Shown in pieces: positions 17,385 through 26,616 of a stretch of DNA of 64,000 nucleotides; position 1 is the stretch's first letter, and the number at the start of each line of letters is the position of its first letter. Source of the DNA: Candidatus Omnitrophota bacterium (lineage in GTDB: Bacteria > Omnitrophota > Gorgyraeia > 2-01-FULL-45-10); contig JAQUSB010000001.1 in assembly GCA_028715345.1 (NCBI GenBank), forward strand, positions 40,047-104,046, read 5' to 3'. The position numbers and the translations under genes were made by a program. The notes beneath the pieces were generated by a model. It was not told the origin of the DNA, did no database searches, and saw nothing but the letters and a program-made list of their open reading frames with translations.

Positions 17385-18239
17385 TTATTTTTTCGATAGG
17401 GCAGCGAGCTCGCCGAATGTGATGAGTTTGATGCCGTTGTCGTCGATCACTTTTTTAACGCGGCGGCTTGTCAGCGCGGCAAGGTCTGTTTCGCAGGTCC
17501 TGTGGAATATGCACCTTTCAAGGACTTCGGCGCTTATGAAACCCGGATGGGCGATGAGCTCCGTGGTCCCGTCGGAAAGCCCGTTCAGCATCCTTATCAG
17601 TATCTCCTCTATGACATTTCCTGAATCGAGGAATCCCAGAAAATTATCCGTATACTTTATACCGGCCTCGTCAAAGGCGCGTTTCATTTTGTTATCGAAA
17701 TACCCCAGGATAAGTTTCTTAAATATTTTTTTCGCGTTATACGGATAAGCCAGCCTGTCATTATGGAGGTATCTTATCGCCGGCACATTGTATTCTTTAG
17801 CCAATTGTATAAAAATTTCCGTTATACCCGGCAGCATATGGATATGCTGGTGGCTGCTGATACTCGTTACGGGGATATCCCGTTCTCTCAACCGCTCCAT
17901 CTGGCTTTTTAATTCTATGTATATTTCCTTCGCGTCTATTACACCGAGGACAAGCCGTGATACAAAACCTGCATAGCCCTTATAAAACCTGCCGTTCCCG
18001 GCCAAAAGCGTAGGTATCTTGCTGCGGTCGCTCACAGGAGATGTTTCGGTGAGAGCAAGGTGCGCGCTGATCTCTTTCGGCTTCGTCTGCCTCAAGAGCG
18101 CCATCGCATCGTAGAACGCATCGCCAGACGAGAGAACGTTGAGCGCCGTCACCACGCCCTCTTCGTAACTTTTGATTATCCCGCGGTTTATGCTGTCGGA
18201 TAAACCCAGGTCATCCGCGCTGATTATAAGATATTTCAT
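17385..18239 (-). CDS. YdjC/ChbG/HpnK-family carbohydrate deacetylase
   Basis: 284 aa. N-terminal MKYLIISADDLGLS is the signature of the YdjC-like deacetylase family. Confidence 0.75.
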   Translation of the reverse strand: MKYLIISADDLGLSDSINRGIIKSYEEGVVTALNVLSSGDAFYDAMALLRQTKPKEISAHLALTETSPVSDRSKIPTLLAGNGRFYKGYAGFVSRLVLGVIDAKEIYIELKSQMERLRERDIPVTSISSHQHIHMLPGITEIFIQLAKEYNVPAIRYLHNDRLAYPYNAKKIFKKLILGYFDNKMKRAFDEAGIKYTDNFLGFLDSGNVIEEILIRMLNGLSDGTTELIAHPGFISAEVLERCIFHRTCETDLAALTSRRVKKVIDDNGIKLITFGELAALSKK

Positions 18240-18340
18240 GCTTCCCCGCTCCTCAGTAGATAAATTTTTCGATTGCTGCTATAAGGAATTCCCGCGAGGC
18301 ACAATCCCGAAAGGGAATTCCTTGCATGGTGCGAAAAAAT

Positions 18341-19033
18341 TTATCTCGACAACCTATACCGTAGCATGTCCCAGAATGTCCTCGCGACGACACTTAAGCG
18401 CGATATCGTCGACTCGCCCTTCATGCGCAGGTCGAATATGAGCCCGTACTGCGCTATTTTAAATCCTCTTCTTGACGCTTCGGAGAATATTTCGACATCG
18501 ATGAACGGGCTTCGCGACTTCAGGTCCAGCCCTTCGAGAACTTTTCTTTTATATATCTTGAGCCCCGAATTTATATCGCGGATCTTCAGGCCGAAGAGAA
18601 GGCGGACGAGAAAATTGTAGCCTTTGGACATTATGATGCGTTTTAAGCTGGCGTCTTTCAGGACGAGGCTGTATGCCGTGACTATATCGGCGCCGTCCAG
18701 GAGCTCCAGCGCCTTTTTAATATCGCTTTCTTTAGCGGGCAGGTCGGAATCGGTGTAGATCACCACTTCTTTCGACGCATTCTTAAGCCCTGCGTTCAGG
18801 GCGCCGCCGAATTTCGTATTTACCTTCAGGCGGACCGGCTTTATATGTTTATCCGTACCGGCCAGTTTATCTACCAGATCGCCGCTGCCGTCGGTAGACG
18901 CGTCGTCGGCTATGACTATCTCATAATCGTCGGATACCTCGGACGCGAGGGCGGTTGCCCGGCGTATCGTATCCTCGATATTTTCGGCTTCATTGAACAT
19001 CGGGAAGACGAAAGATACGCTGTATTTTTTCAT
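18341..19033 (-). CDS. GT2-family polyprenyl-phosphate glycosyltransferase (ArnC/DPM1-like)
   Basis: 230 aa with SFVFPMFNEAENI, IVIADDASTDGS and YTDSDL (DxD) motifs and no membrane-spanning domain. Confidence 0.75.
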   Translation of the reverse strand: MKKYSVSFVFPMFNEAENIEDTIRRATALASEVSDDYEIVIADDASTDGSGDLVDKLAGTDKHIKPVRLKVNTKFGGALNAGLKNASKEVVIYTDSDLPAKESDIKKALELLDGADIVTAYSLVLKDASLKRIIMSKGYNFLVRLLFGLKIRDINSGLKIYKRKVLEGLDLKSRSPFIDVEIFSEASRRGFKIAQYGLIFDLRMKGESTISRLSVVARTFWDMLRYRLSR

Positions 19034-20700
19034 TTAGCTCTCTCTCGTTTCATGATGTAAACACCGTCTTCCGGGACCTGATTGGTCACTATCGACCTCT
19101 TCCCCACCTTATAGATAAGATAGGTCGGCTTTACATATTCGCTGTTTATCTCCGGATCATACAGCTGCCTGTGATTTTTCTCTTTTATGACAGCCCATAT
19201 CCTTTCATCCGAATTCAGGAAATTTATCACCGCGTCGTGTTTATCCAGGTCTACGGCGAATTTATCGGTGTAGAACGCGAGGCCGGGTAAATAATTGCTC
19301 TGGGCGCCCAGCGCCTCGCCGTCTTTGATTATCGGCCGTAATTTCCCGGACACCTCTTTACTCGCTTCATATCGTTCCACGTCGGGCAATACGTAAAGAT
19401 CGAGCGGAAACAGGAGCATCATAAGGGCTATTATCACCAGGCAGAATGCGGCCATATACTTTTTCCTGATAAATAATACGGCGGATACGGCGAACCCTAT
19501 AACCAGCGATAAGCTCGACATAACGACTCCGCCGAATATCTCCGGCATGTCGAATTTCACGAATATGGAAATGCCTATAGCGCCCCCTACGATGGCCGCG
19601 GCCAATACGTAATAGGAGGCTTTAACTCCCGAGGCGACGAACTTCGAGACTTTGCCGGGGTCCAGGAAATCGTCCCACAGAGCTCCCGCTATCAGCGCCA
19701 GCGATATGAACGTCGGAAAAATATACGTGGGCAGTTTGGTGCGCGATATCGAGAAAAAGACGAAAATGATCGCGAACCATACCATTATAAAGATGCCTGC
19801 GTTCTTTTCGTTTTGCGTTCCGTATCCTTTTTTCCATATCTTTTTGAACATATACCAGAAACCGAACGGCAGGAAAGCGCTCCACGGGAAGAACCCGGCC
19901 ATTATGACCGGTATATTGTAATAGAACTGGGAACCTATCTTATGCTCCGACTGCATGAACCTGGTGACATTATGGAACCCGAAGAAGGCGTCTATGAACT
20001 CTTTGCCGTGGATCTTATACGCCGCCAAATACCACGGCCCGGCGATCAGGATAAAAACTAAAAGACACCACCCGAGCGGGATCTTTTTAAGCCTGCCGAG
20101 GTCCTTGACCAAGAAAAGGAATATCAGGAAGGCCGCCGCAGGCAGGATTATGGCTATCGGCCCTTTCGTAAGTACCGCCAGGGCAAAAGCCGCCGATGAC
20201 AAAATGTAAAAATACCTCTTCTCTTTCAGGTAGCCGCAAAAGAAGAAAAGGACGCCCAAAAGCATAAGCACGGTCAATACCATGTCCGTTATGCAGGCGC
20301 GCGACAGTATCACGTATTCCACGTTCGTGGCCAATATGAGCGCCGATAAAAAACCGGCTTTCCTGCCGAAAAGTAAAGAGCCGAGAAAATACATAGCTAT
20401 CACACCGATGAGCCCGAATACCGCCGAAGGCACTCTGGCTGCCGTTTCGTTGATGCCGAAGACTTTATAGGACGCTTCGACCAGCCAGTAAATAAATATG
20501 GGTTTTTCGAATTGCGGTTTGCCGTAAAGATACGGGGTCGTCCAGTCGCCTTTATTCAGCATCTCTTTGGCGGTCTGGGCGTAAAAAGTCTCGTCGGGAT
20601 CAGTCAGCGCCATATCCCCTAATTTGAAGAAAAAGAGATACGCGCATAATACTGCCAATATGGCCGCCGCGAGGAAAGTTTTTTCCTGGATTTTTTTCAT
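19030..20700 (-). CDS. GT-C fold glycosyltransferase, ArnT/PMT (GT39/GT83)-like
   Basis: 556 aa with many TM helices and an N-terminal DPDETFYAQTAKEM motif (DE..Y of ArnT/PMT loop 1). Confidence 0.75.
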   Translation of the reverse strand: MKKIQEKTFLAAAILAVLCAYLFFFKLGDMALTDPDETFYAQTAKEMLNKGDWTTPYLYGKPQFEKPIFIYWLVEASYKVFGINETAARVPSAVFGLIGVIAMYFLGSLLFGRKAGFLSALILATNVEYVILSRACITDMVLTVLMLLGVLFFFCGYLKEKRYFYILSSAAFALAVLTKGPIAIILPAAAFLIFLFLVKDLGRLKKIPLGWCLLVFILIAGPWYLAAYKIHGKEFIDAFFGFHNVTRFMQSEHKIGSQFYYNIPVIMAGFFPWSAFLPFGFWYMFKKIWKKGYGTQNEKNAGIFIMVWFAIIFVFFSISRTKLPTYIFPTFISLALIAGALWDDFLDPGKVSKFVASGVKASYYVLAAAIVGGAIGISIFVKFDMPEIFGGVVMSSLSLVIGFAVSAVLFIRKKYMAAFCLVIIALMMLLFPLDLYVLPDVERYEASKEVSGKLRPIIKDGEALGAQSNYLPGLAFYTDKFAVDLDKHDAVINFLNSDERIWAVIKEKNHRQLYDPEINSEYVKPTYLIYKVGKRSIVTNQVPEDGVYIMKRERAK

Positions 20701-20735
20701 GATTTCCTAAAGGTTACTATAAAACCACCGCCCTG

Positions 20736-21551
20736 TCAATGGGTATGATCATGGCTCGGATGGCCGTGCGGATGGACGTGGGGCTTGCCATCGTGCCTGT
20801 GGGAATGGATATGGATGAGGTTGTTATCCTGAAGGAATCCCGTATCGGCCAAAAGCTCCGCAGGCGGGGCAGCCCGCACTATATGCTTGTCGTGGTTAAA
20901 CACATAAACGATGTCGGCGATCTCCTCTATTATATGCATGTCGTGAGTTGCCGTTATTACAGTCTTCCCTTCCCTGTGGTATTTGTTCAAAAGGTCCACA
21001 AGGCCGCGCGAGGTCCTGGGATCCAGCCCCGCGGTAGGCTCATCGAGCAAGAGGACGTCGGGGTTCGATATGAGAACTGCCGCCATCGAAACTTTGCGTT
21101 TTTCGCCTATACTCAACTGGTGAGGCATGCGGCCGGCAAGGTCTTCTATGCCGAAAACTTTCATTATGGCGTCGAAGTCTTTTGCCGCCTTTTCATATCC
21201 GGACCCGAAATTTAGCGGGCCGAACATGACCTCCTCTTTTACCGTCGGGCAGAATAACTGGACGTCCGGGTTCTGGAAGACCAGGCCCACCCTCCTCCTG
21301 AAATCATAATTGAATTGCGCGTCCGCAAGCGCGCCTTCGCTTAATTCGGCGCCGAAAGCCTTCACTGACCCGCTGTCGGGGAATATGAGCCCGTCGAGAA
21401 GATGGAGGAGCGTCGATTTACCGGAGCCGTTCGCGCCGACAAGCGCTATCCTCTGCCCCTTCTCCACGGATATATCCACGCCGCAAAGGGCAGGATATTT
21501 TCCCAGGTATGCGAACCGCACATCCTTTAGTTCAAAAATTTTCTCATTCAT
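20736..21551 (-). CDS. cbiO: ECF transporter ATPase (CbiO/NikO-type) with C-terminal His-rich tail
   Basis: ATG at 21551 (MNEKIFELKD...). Walker A GANGSGKST, signature LSIGEKRKV and Walker B LLLDEPTAGLD are present. C-terminus reads HIHSHRHDGKPHVHPHGHPSHDHTH. Confidence 0.8.
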   Translation of the reverse strand: MNEKIFELKDVRFAYLGKYPALCGVDISVEKGQRIALVGANGSGKSTLLHLLDGLIFPDSGSVKAFGAELSEGALADAQFNYDFRRRVGLVFQNPDVQLFCPTVKEEVMFGPLNFGSGYEKAAKDFDAIMKVFGIEDLAGRMPHQLSIGEKRKVSMAAVLISNPDVLLLDEPTAGLDPRTSRGLVDLLNKYHREGKTVITATHDMHIIEEIADIVYVFNHDKHIVRAAPPAELLADTGFLQDNNLIHIHSHRHDGKPHVHPHGHPSHDHTH

Positions 21552-22411
21552 ATAATATTGAATTTCCACAGGCCGCCGCAATAAAGCAATGCGCCTGATA
21601 TGAACGTTACAAGAACAAGCCACACCCAATCCTTCGGCCCGGCCTTAAAATCATGCGATATGACAGGCTCTCCCCTGTAACCTCTCGACAGCATCGCGCC
21701 GTAAACCGCTTCATTGAGCTGATACGACCTGTACCAGAGCGACGCCATGCTCCAGGCTACCATATGCTGCCCTTTTTTATAATCAATCCTCCGTCCTACG
21801 CGGCTCTTTATCGCCATGTAAGTATTTTCCACCACTTCGATGAAAAGATATATGTACCTGTAGCACATACCGAGCACCATCACGAATACCTGGGGCACCC
21901 TGACGACGCGCAAGACCTTGAGAAGTTCGAAATGTTTTGTGGTGATGCTCAGTAGCACGGCAAAGGATACCGATGCTATTACGCGCGCAACGAATAACGA
22001 CGCGCCGTATAAACCCTGCCGCGTAATGATAAAATTCAGATTAACGACCCTGAAACTGAATATGGCCTCACCCGGCGAGAATACACTGAATAATGCCGGT
22101 ATCGCGATGAACAAAGAAAAGAGCGGAATGAATATCCACGTTCTCTTAAGAAAAAATACAAGGTCGATCTTTGAAAAATAAGCAAGAGCTAAACATAGAA
22201 TATAGAAAACGAAAGAGACCGCTATGCTTTTCGTGAATAGTACCGCTAAAATAAAAATGATGAAGGTTATGAATTTTATGCGCGGGTCGAGCGACTGCAG
22301 GAAGCCGGGCCTCGAGGCATACTCGTCCGAGAATACGGATCCCTTCAAAAAACATAGAGCGCCCATGATCGAGCGCTCTATGAAATTATTATCTCTTTTC
22401 CGCACGCGCAT
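21548..22411 (-). CDS. cbiQ: ECF transporter transmembrane (T) component CbiQ/NikQ
   Basis: Start MRVRK at 22411 overlaps the CbiN stop as ATGA. About 288 aa with multiple TM helices. The stop overlaps the cbiO start as ATGA. Confidence 0.7.
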   Translation of the reverse strand: MRVRKRDNNFIERSIMGALCFLKGSVFSDEYASRPGFLQSLDPRIKFITFIIFILAVLFTKSIAVSFVFYILCLALAYFSKIDLVFFLKRTWIFIPLFSLFIAIPALFSVFSPGEAIFSFRVVNLNFIITRQGLYGASLFVARVIASVSFAVLLSITTKHFELLKVLRVVRVPQVFVMVLGMCYRYIYLFIEVVENTYMAIKSRVGRRIDYKKGQHMVAWSMASLWYRSYQLNEAVYGAMLSRGYRGEPVISHDFKAGPKDWVWLVLVTFISGALLYCGGLWKFNII

Positions 22412-22746
22412 CAGTTGTCTTTTTTGGTTAGCATTTTGCCTATTAAAAACACCGCCAGGACCGTTATGCCTATCCCAACTATAGCTGATATTATATAGGC
22501 TAAACTGAGATCGGGCAATCCTTTTTCTTCCCAACCCTTGAATGCGTAGTCAGGCAGGGGCGCGCTCCAGAGGCCGGAAAGCTTCTCGAGGCCATTAGGA
22601 ATATATCCGACGAGCGAAACCATCTCATCGGCTCCCCACTCACCCCATGCCGCACCTGCCTTAAAATGTTCCGGCATTATAAGGCCGAGAGGAGAAAGTA
22701 TGATCAATACGGCTATTCCTATCCAAAATTTGGTTACGGTCTTCAT
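22411..22746 (-). CDS. cbiN: CbiN-like / PDGLE-domain small membrane component of the Ni/Co ECF transporter
   Basis: 111 aa with two TM helices flanking a soluble loop (GLWSAPLPDYAFKGWEEKGLPDLS). Sits between cbiM and cbiQ. Confidence 0.6.
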   Translation of the reverse strand: MKTVTKFWIGIAVLIILSPLGLIMPEHFKAGAAWGEWGADEMVSLVGYIPNGLEKLSGLWSAPLPDYAFKGWEEKGLPDLSLAYIISAIVGIGITVLAVFLIGKMLTKKDN

Positions 22747-22748
22747 CT

Positions 22749-23429
22749 TTACATCCTCCCTTCTTCAAGCAAGCCCGGATCCTGCTTCTGCAGGTATTTA
22801 ACTACAAGGGCCGTCACGATAGCCTCTACCCATCCGAATATAAGCATATGCTCGCCGAGCATCGCCGGTAACGCGGCATTCAATCCGTATGGACAATATA
22901 GCGCCTGACCGAGCGCCGTCTTGTGCAGCATGGGCTGGATCCCAAATTCAAATCCTGTAAGGCCGGCGGCAATATTTAATGCAATATATCCCGCTATCCC
23001 GGCAGCTATGACTCTCCTGTTAGAATTCACCGGAGAATTATAGCTTATAAACCTGTATATGTAGTATCCCGCGAACGGCAGCACAAACGCCATGTTAAAA
23101 CAATTCGCGCCGATAGCAGTAATGCCTCCGTCGCCGAATAGCAATGCCTGCACCACCAGCGCAACGGTGATAGCAATACAAGCGGCCCATGGGCCGAGGA
23201 GTATCGCCACTAAAACCCCTCCCACCGCGTGTCCTGTCGTACCGCCGGGTATCGGCACATTGAACATCATTATAACAAAACTGAACGCTGCGCCTATTGC
23301 CAGAAGCGGCACCTGTTTTGCTTTAAGCGTTTTTTTGACTACCTTCGAAGCTACCGCCCATATAGGCGCCATCACGACATAAAAGAATCCGCATGTCGTC
23401 GGCCCTAAATATCCGTCCGGTATATGCAT
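22749..23429 (-). CDS. cbiM: ECF transporter substrate-capture component CbiM/NikM
   Basis: 226 aa. N-terminal MHIPDGYL is the hallmark metal-binding N-terminus of CbiM/NikM. Confidence 0.85.
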   Translation of the reverse strand: MHIPDGYLGPTTCGFFYVVMAPIWAVASKVVKKTLKAKQVPLLAIGAAFSFVIMMFNVPIPGGTTGHAVGGVLVAILLGPWAACIAITVALVVQALLFGDGGITAIGANCFNMAFVLPFAGYYIYRFISYNSPVNSNRRVIAAGIAGYIALNIAAGLTGFEFGIQPMLHKTALGQALYCPYGLNAALPAMLGEHMLIFGWVEAIVTALVVKYLQKQDPGLLEEGRM

Positions 23430-23450
23430 ATTTTCCCCTTTCTCTTTTAA

Positions 23451-24863
23451 TTAAAAGTTGACCTGGCCTCTCATGCCGTATACAAATATAGTGCTCCTGT
23501 CGCCCTGGTACGACTCGTTTACTCCGCGCGGGTTCCAGATAAACTGTATATCCGGGCTCAGCGCCAGGTTCTTCGTGACTTTGAAATTGTAATAAGCCTC
23601 GAAGTGCCCTTCGGCGGCTGCGCCGTGTATAGTGCCGTCATCGTACCCTTTATATTTTTCGCTCGGGAACAGCTGTCCTATGGCAAACGCCAGGACGTCG
23701 TCCTCTCTCTTCCAGTATTTACCCGTCATCTGCAGGCCGGCCGACCACATCCACTCGACGGGGGCGGCATTGAGATTACTGCTTACTATATTCACGTCCT
23801 GCCTCTGCCAGCCGACGCGCGCAAACGCTCCGAAGACATCCGTCAGCATCTGATCGAAGCTCGCGCCGAACCCGGTATTGGTCTCTTTCGGGCTATCATC
23901 TGCCGCCGTAAGCTTTACGTGGTCCAGGCCGTTATACCACCAATATATCCTGTAATTACCGCCCCATATTTTTTCATCATAGCCAAACGCCTTGGCAGGC
24001 ATAAAAGTAAGTTCGGTCGATATGAACGGTTTGTCGAATATATCCTGATAACTATCATTGGCGTTGAAATAGGAAGCGTTCAGGGCCAGATACGGGACGA
24101 ACTCCGGGGCAAAAGCAATAGAGGCTCCGAGAGTATTATCATTCGGCCATTCTACAGCCGGAGAGTTCCTGAAGACGCGTCCCAGGAATTGCGTGGTCTC
24201 GTCGAAGGCGTATTCGTTCTGGTCGAGATAATTGGCAGGGTCCATCTTACCGGCGGTAACGGAGATCTGTTTATTAAATAAGTAATGCTGGTACCACACT
24301 TCGGTTATAGGCACATTGGCGCCCGTATCGTTGGCGTCCCTGTTCACGTTACTGAAGACATTGAGCCTGTCCTCGAGCGTATTCGCCTGTCCCGGCTCCA
24401 GATGCAAAAGGGCAAGGCCCCAGTCGTCGAACGCCTTTTCTATGAATATATCCGCCGACCACGAAGCATCACACCTGGACTTATTGCTTTCTCCGGCATT
24501 ATTCGCGTCCGGCGTCCCCTGCACTATAAATGTAGCGTCGGCTTGAATTTTAAATCCGCACGGCGCTATTTCGACTCCCTCACCCGGCGTATATTTTATG
24601 AGCCCTTCCGATGGCACCGCCTGTATGAGGGACTGTTTCACCTCTCTTACGCTGCCTTGCTGTTCCAGTATAGCGCACTTCTGTTCGCCGACCTGTTTCT
24701 GAAGTTCGGCGATCTGCGCTTTAAGCTGGTCCATCTCAGAGACTTTGGCTTTCAGCTCGGCTATCTCTTTACGCAGCTCTTCCTCGCTCGCGAAGACTGG
24801 TTGCATTGACAATATCGCTATCACCGCAAAAGCTATGGCCGATTTTAATACCTTATACCGCAT
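23451..24863 (-). CDS. OprB-family (carbohydrate-selective-type) outer-membrane porin with N-terminal coiled coil
   Basis: 470 aa with signal peptide and a heptad coiled coil (EELRKEIAELKAKVSEMDQLKAQIAELQKQ). The beta-barrel has aromatic girdles and ends in F. Confidence 0.6.
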   Translation of the reverse strand: MRYKVLKSAIAFAVIAILSMQPVFASEEELRKEIAELKAKVSEMDQLKAQIAELQKQVGEQKCAILEQQGSVREVKQSLIQAVPSEGLIKYTPGEGVEIAPCGFKIQADATFIVQGTPDANNAGESNKSRCDASWSADIFIEKAFDDWGLALLHLEPGQANTLEDRLNVFSNVNRDANDTGANVPITEVWYQHYLFNKQISVTAGKMDPANYLDQNEYAFDETTQFLGRVFRNSPAVEWPNDNTLGASIAFAPEFVPYLALNASYFNANDSYQDIFDKPFISTELTFMPAKAFGYDEKIWGGNYRIYWWYNGLDHVKLTAADDSPKETNTGFGASFDQMLTDVFGAFARVGWQRQDVNIVSSNLNAAPVEWMWSAGLQMTGKYWKREDDVLAFAIGQLFPSEKYKGYDDGTIHGAAAEGHFEAYYNFKVTKNLALSPDIQFIWNPRGVNESYQGDRSTIFVYGMRGQVNF

Positions 24864-24871
24864 AATCCCTC

Positions 24872-25228
24872 CTATCTGCTTTTCCCTTTTACAGGTATGC
24901 CGTTCGCGCGCAATTCATCCGTTTTCTTTTTCGAACATTCCATGCACAGAAAAACCGGTTTAGAACCGCTTCTGTCATACCCCACCGTCTTTACCAACCG
25001 CCACAAATGTGAAACTTTACCGCACTTATCGCATTTTCCTTCCTTTACATGCCAAACCTCTATGGCCTGCGACGTAAATATAAATTTATCTACCCAAAAA
25101 AATATGGCCCCTCCTATTAAATTCGCTATTATAGTAGAAGACAGGCTGGCGCCAAGCTGTTTTACAACAACCCACAATATAGGCGTACTCAGCTGCCATC
25201 TTATCAGATAAAGTATGAATCTTTTCAT
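24872..25228 (-). CDS. small membrane protein, GtrA-like N-terminal TM hairpin plus C-terminal zinc ribbon
   Basis: 118 aa with GtrA-like N-terminus (IANLIGGAIFFWVDKFIFT). C-terminus has CDKCGK...CMECSKKK. Confidence 0.4.
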   Translation of the reverse strand: MKRFILYLIRWQLSTPILWVVVKQLGASLSSTIIANLIGGAIFFWVDKFIFTSQAIEVWHVKEGKCDKCGKVSHLWRLVKTVGYDRSGSKPVFLCMECSKKKTDELRANGIPVKGKSR

Positions 25229-25566
25229 TTAATTTCTATTCTTTCGATGTAAAATTCTCTGCCTTTTTCTATGTCGAAACCATGGCTTTTACAATGGGGG
25301 CATTCGAATACAGGCTCTGCATGCTTAGAGTCGCGTCCGCAATTTTTACAGCATATAGTAAACTCGGATGTTTCTATTTTAAGTCTTACTTTGTCGCCCC
25401 ATTCGCCTTCAGCCAGCATCCGGAATGTCTCTTTAAGCCCTTCCGCTTTAACATGGTTAAACGGGCTTAGCCTGACGTTTACGGTTATCATTCCGGCGCT
25501 ACCTTTTTCGCTCACCTTTTTTCTTATGGCATTCAATATATCGGTGGCATATCTCAGATCGTGCAC
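25225..25566 (-). CDS. hypA: hydrogenase/urease nickel-incorporation protein HypA
   Basis: 113 aa with GTG start behind SD GGGAGGAG. N-terminal MHDLRYA matches the HypA MHE motif. C-terminal zinc finger CCKNCG...CPHCKS. Confidence 0.75.
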   Translation of the reverse strand: MHDLRYATDILNAIRKKVSEKGSAGMITVNVRLSPFNHVKAEGLKETFRMLAEGEWGDKVRLKIETSEFTICCKNCGRDSKHAEPVFECPHCKSHGFDIEKGREFYIERIEIK

Positions 25567-25585
25567 AACAGGCTCCTCCCGCTTA

Positions 25586-26560
25586 TTATAGATATCTATT
25601 ATTTTTTAAATAGCCGGTATAATCTTTTACCGCCTCTTCGAAAGCGGTAAATTTTTTCCTGTATCCCGTTTTCCTTAATTTATCCATCTTTGCCTGGGTG
25701 AAATACTGGTAATTCGGCCTGATAGGTTCTGGCATATCGATATATTTTATGTCGGGCGGCTTCCCCAGCGCGGAGAACATGGCTCCGGCAAGGTCATTCC
25801 AGCTGCGCGCCGCCCCCGAGCCCAGATTGAATATGCCTGAACGCTCCGGATGCTCCAGGAAATAGAATAAAACATCTATCACGTCTTTTACATATATAAA
25901 ATCCCTTTTCTGCCCTCCATCCTTGTAATCATACCGGTATGATTTAAACAGTTCTATACGCCCATCTCGGCTCGCTTGCGTAAATTTTTTGCATATAACG
26001 CTCATCATTTCGCCTTTATGATATTCGTTAGGGCCGAAGACATTGAAAAATTTGATGCCTGTCGCTACTTTATCTAACTTATTGTTCAATACCCATAGAT
26101 CGAATAGTTGTTTTGAATATCCGTACATATTCAATGGACGTAGCATGCGGGTAGATCTATCGGAGTCATCATATCCGAGCTCGCCATCGCCATATGTAGC
26201 GGCCGATGAAGCATAAATAAACTTTACCTTATTAGCCTCAGCCCACCTGGCAAGAGTTTTGGAATATTCGTAGTTATTTTTTATGTAGTATGCGGCATCG
26301 GTAAGTACGGTAGAACTGCAGGCGCCTAAATGGACAATGGTTGAAACATTGATATTAACGCTTCCTTCAAGCAACTCTAAAAAATCGTCTTTCTGTATAT
26401 ATTCCAGGAATCTTTTTCCGGTGAGGTTTCGCCATTTTTCGGATGTGCCGAGGTTGTCGACCACTATGACATTATCGATGCCTTCGCGGTTAAGTTTCCA
26501 CAGAAAACAGCTTCCGATAAAACCGGCTCCGCCCGTCAAAATTATTTTCTTTTTACCCAT
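25586..26560 (-). CDS. hldD: ADP-L-glycero-D-manno-heptose 6-epimerase
   Basis: ATG at 26560 (MGKKKIILTGGAGFIGS). Rossmann motif plus YASSAATYG and FFNVFGPNEYHKG motifs. Confidence 0.8.
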   Translation of the reverse strand: MGKKKIILTGGAGFIGSCFLWKLNREGIDNVIVVDNLGTSEKWRNLTGKRFLEYIQKDDFLELLEGSVNINVSTIVHLGACSSTVLTDAAYYIKNNYEYSKTLARWAEANKVKFIYASSAATYGDGELGYDDSDRSTRMLRPLNMYGYSKQLFDLWVLNNKLDKVATGIKFFNVFGPNEYHKGEMMSVICKKFTQASRDGRIELFKSYRYDYKDGGQKRDFIYVKDVIDVLFYFLEHPERSGIFNLGSGAARSWNDLAGAMFSALGKPPDIKYIDMPEPIRPNYQYFTQAKMDKLRKTGYRKKFTAFEEAVKDYTGYLKNNRYL

Positions 26561-26616
26561 ACCCGCCCGATATAATAATACTTTTATAAAAATCGTGTTA
26601 CTAAATACCAAAAAAA

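Noticed and set aside
20736-23429. Calling the ECF transporter a cobalt importer (CbiMNQO), as the gene symbols suggest
   Set aside because: Not rejected outright. Co-localisation with nikR and hypA makes nickel (NikMNQO) more likely. The cbi symbols are kept only as family labels, and metal specificity cannot be read from sequence by eye.
23604-24281. 225-aa plus-strand ORF
   Set aside because: Antisense to the OprB-type porin gene.
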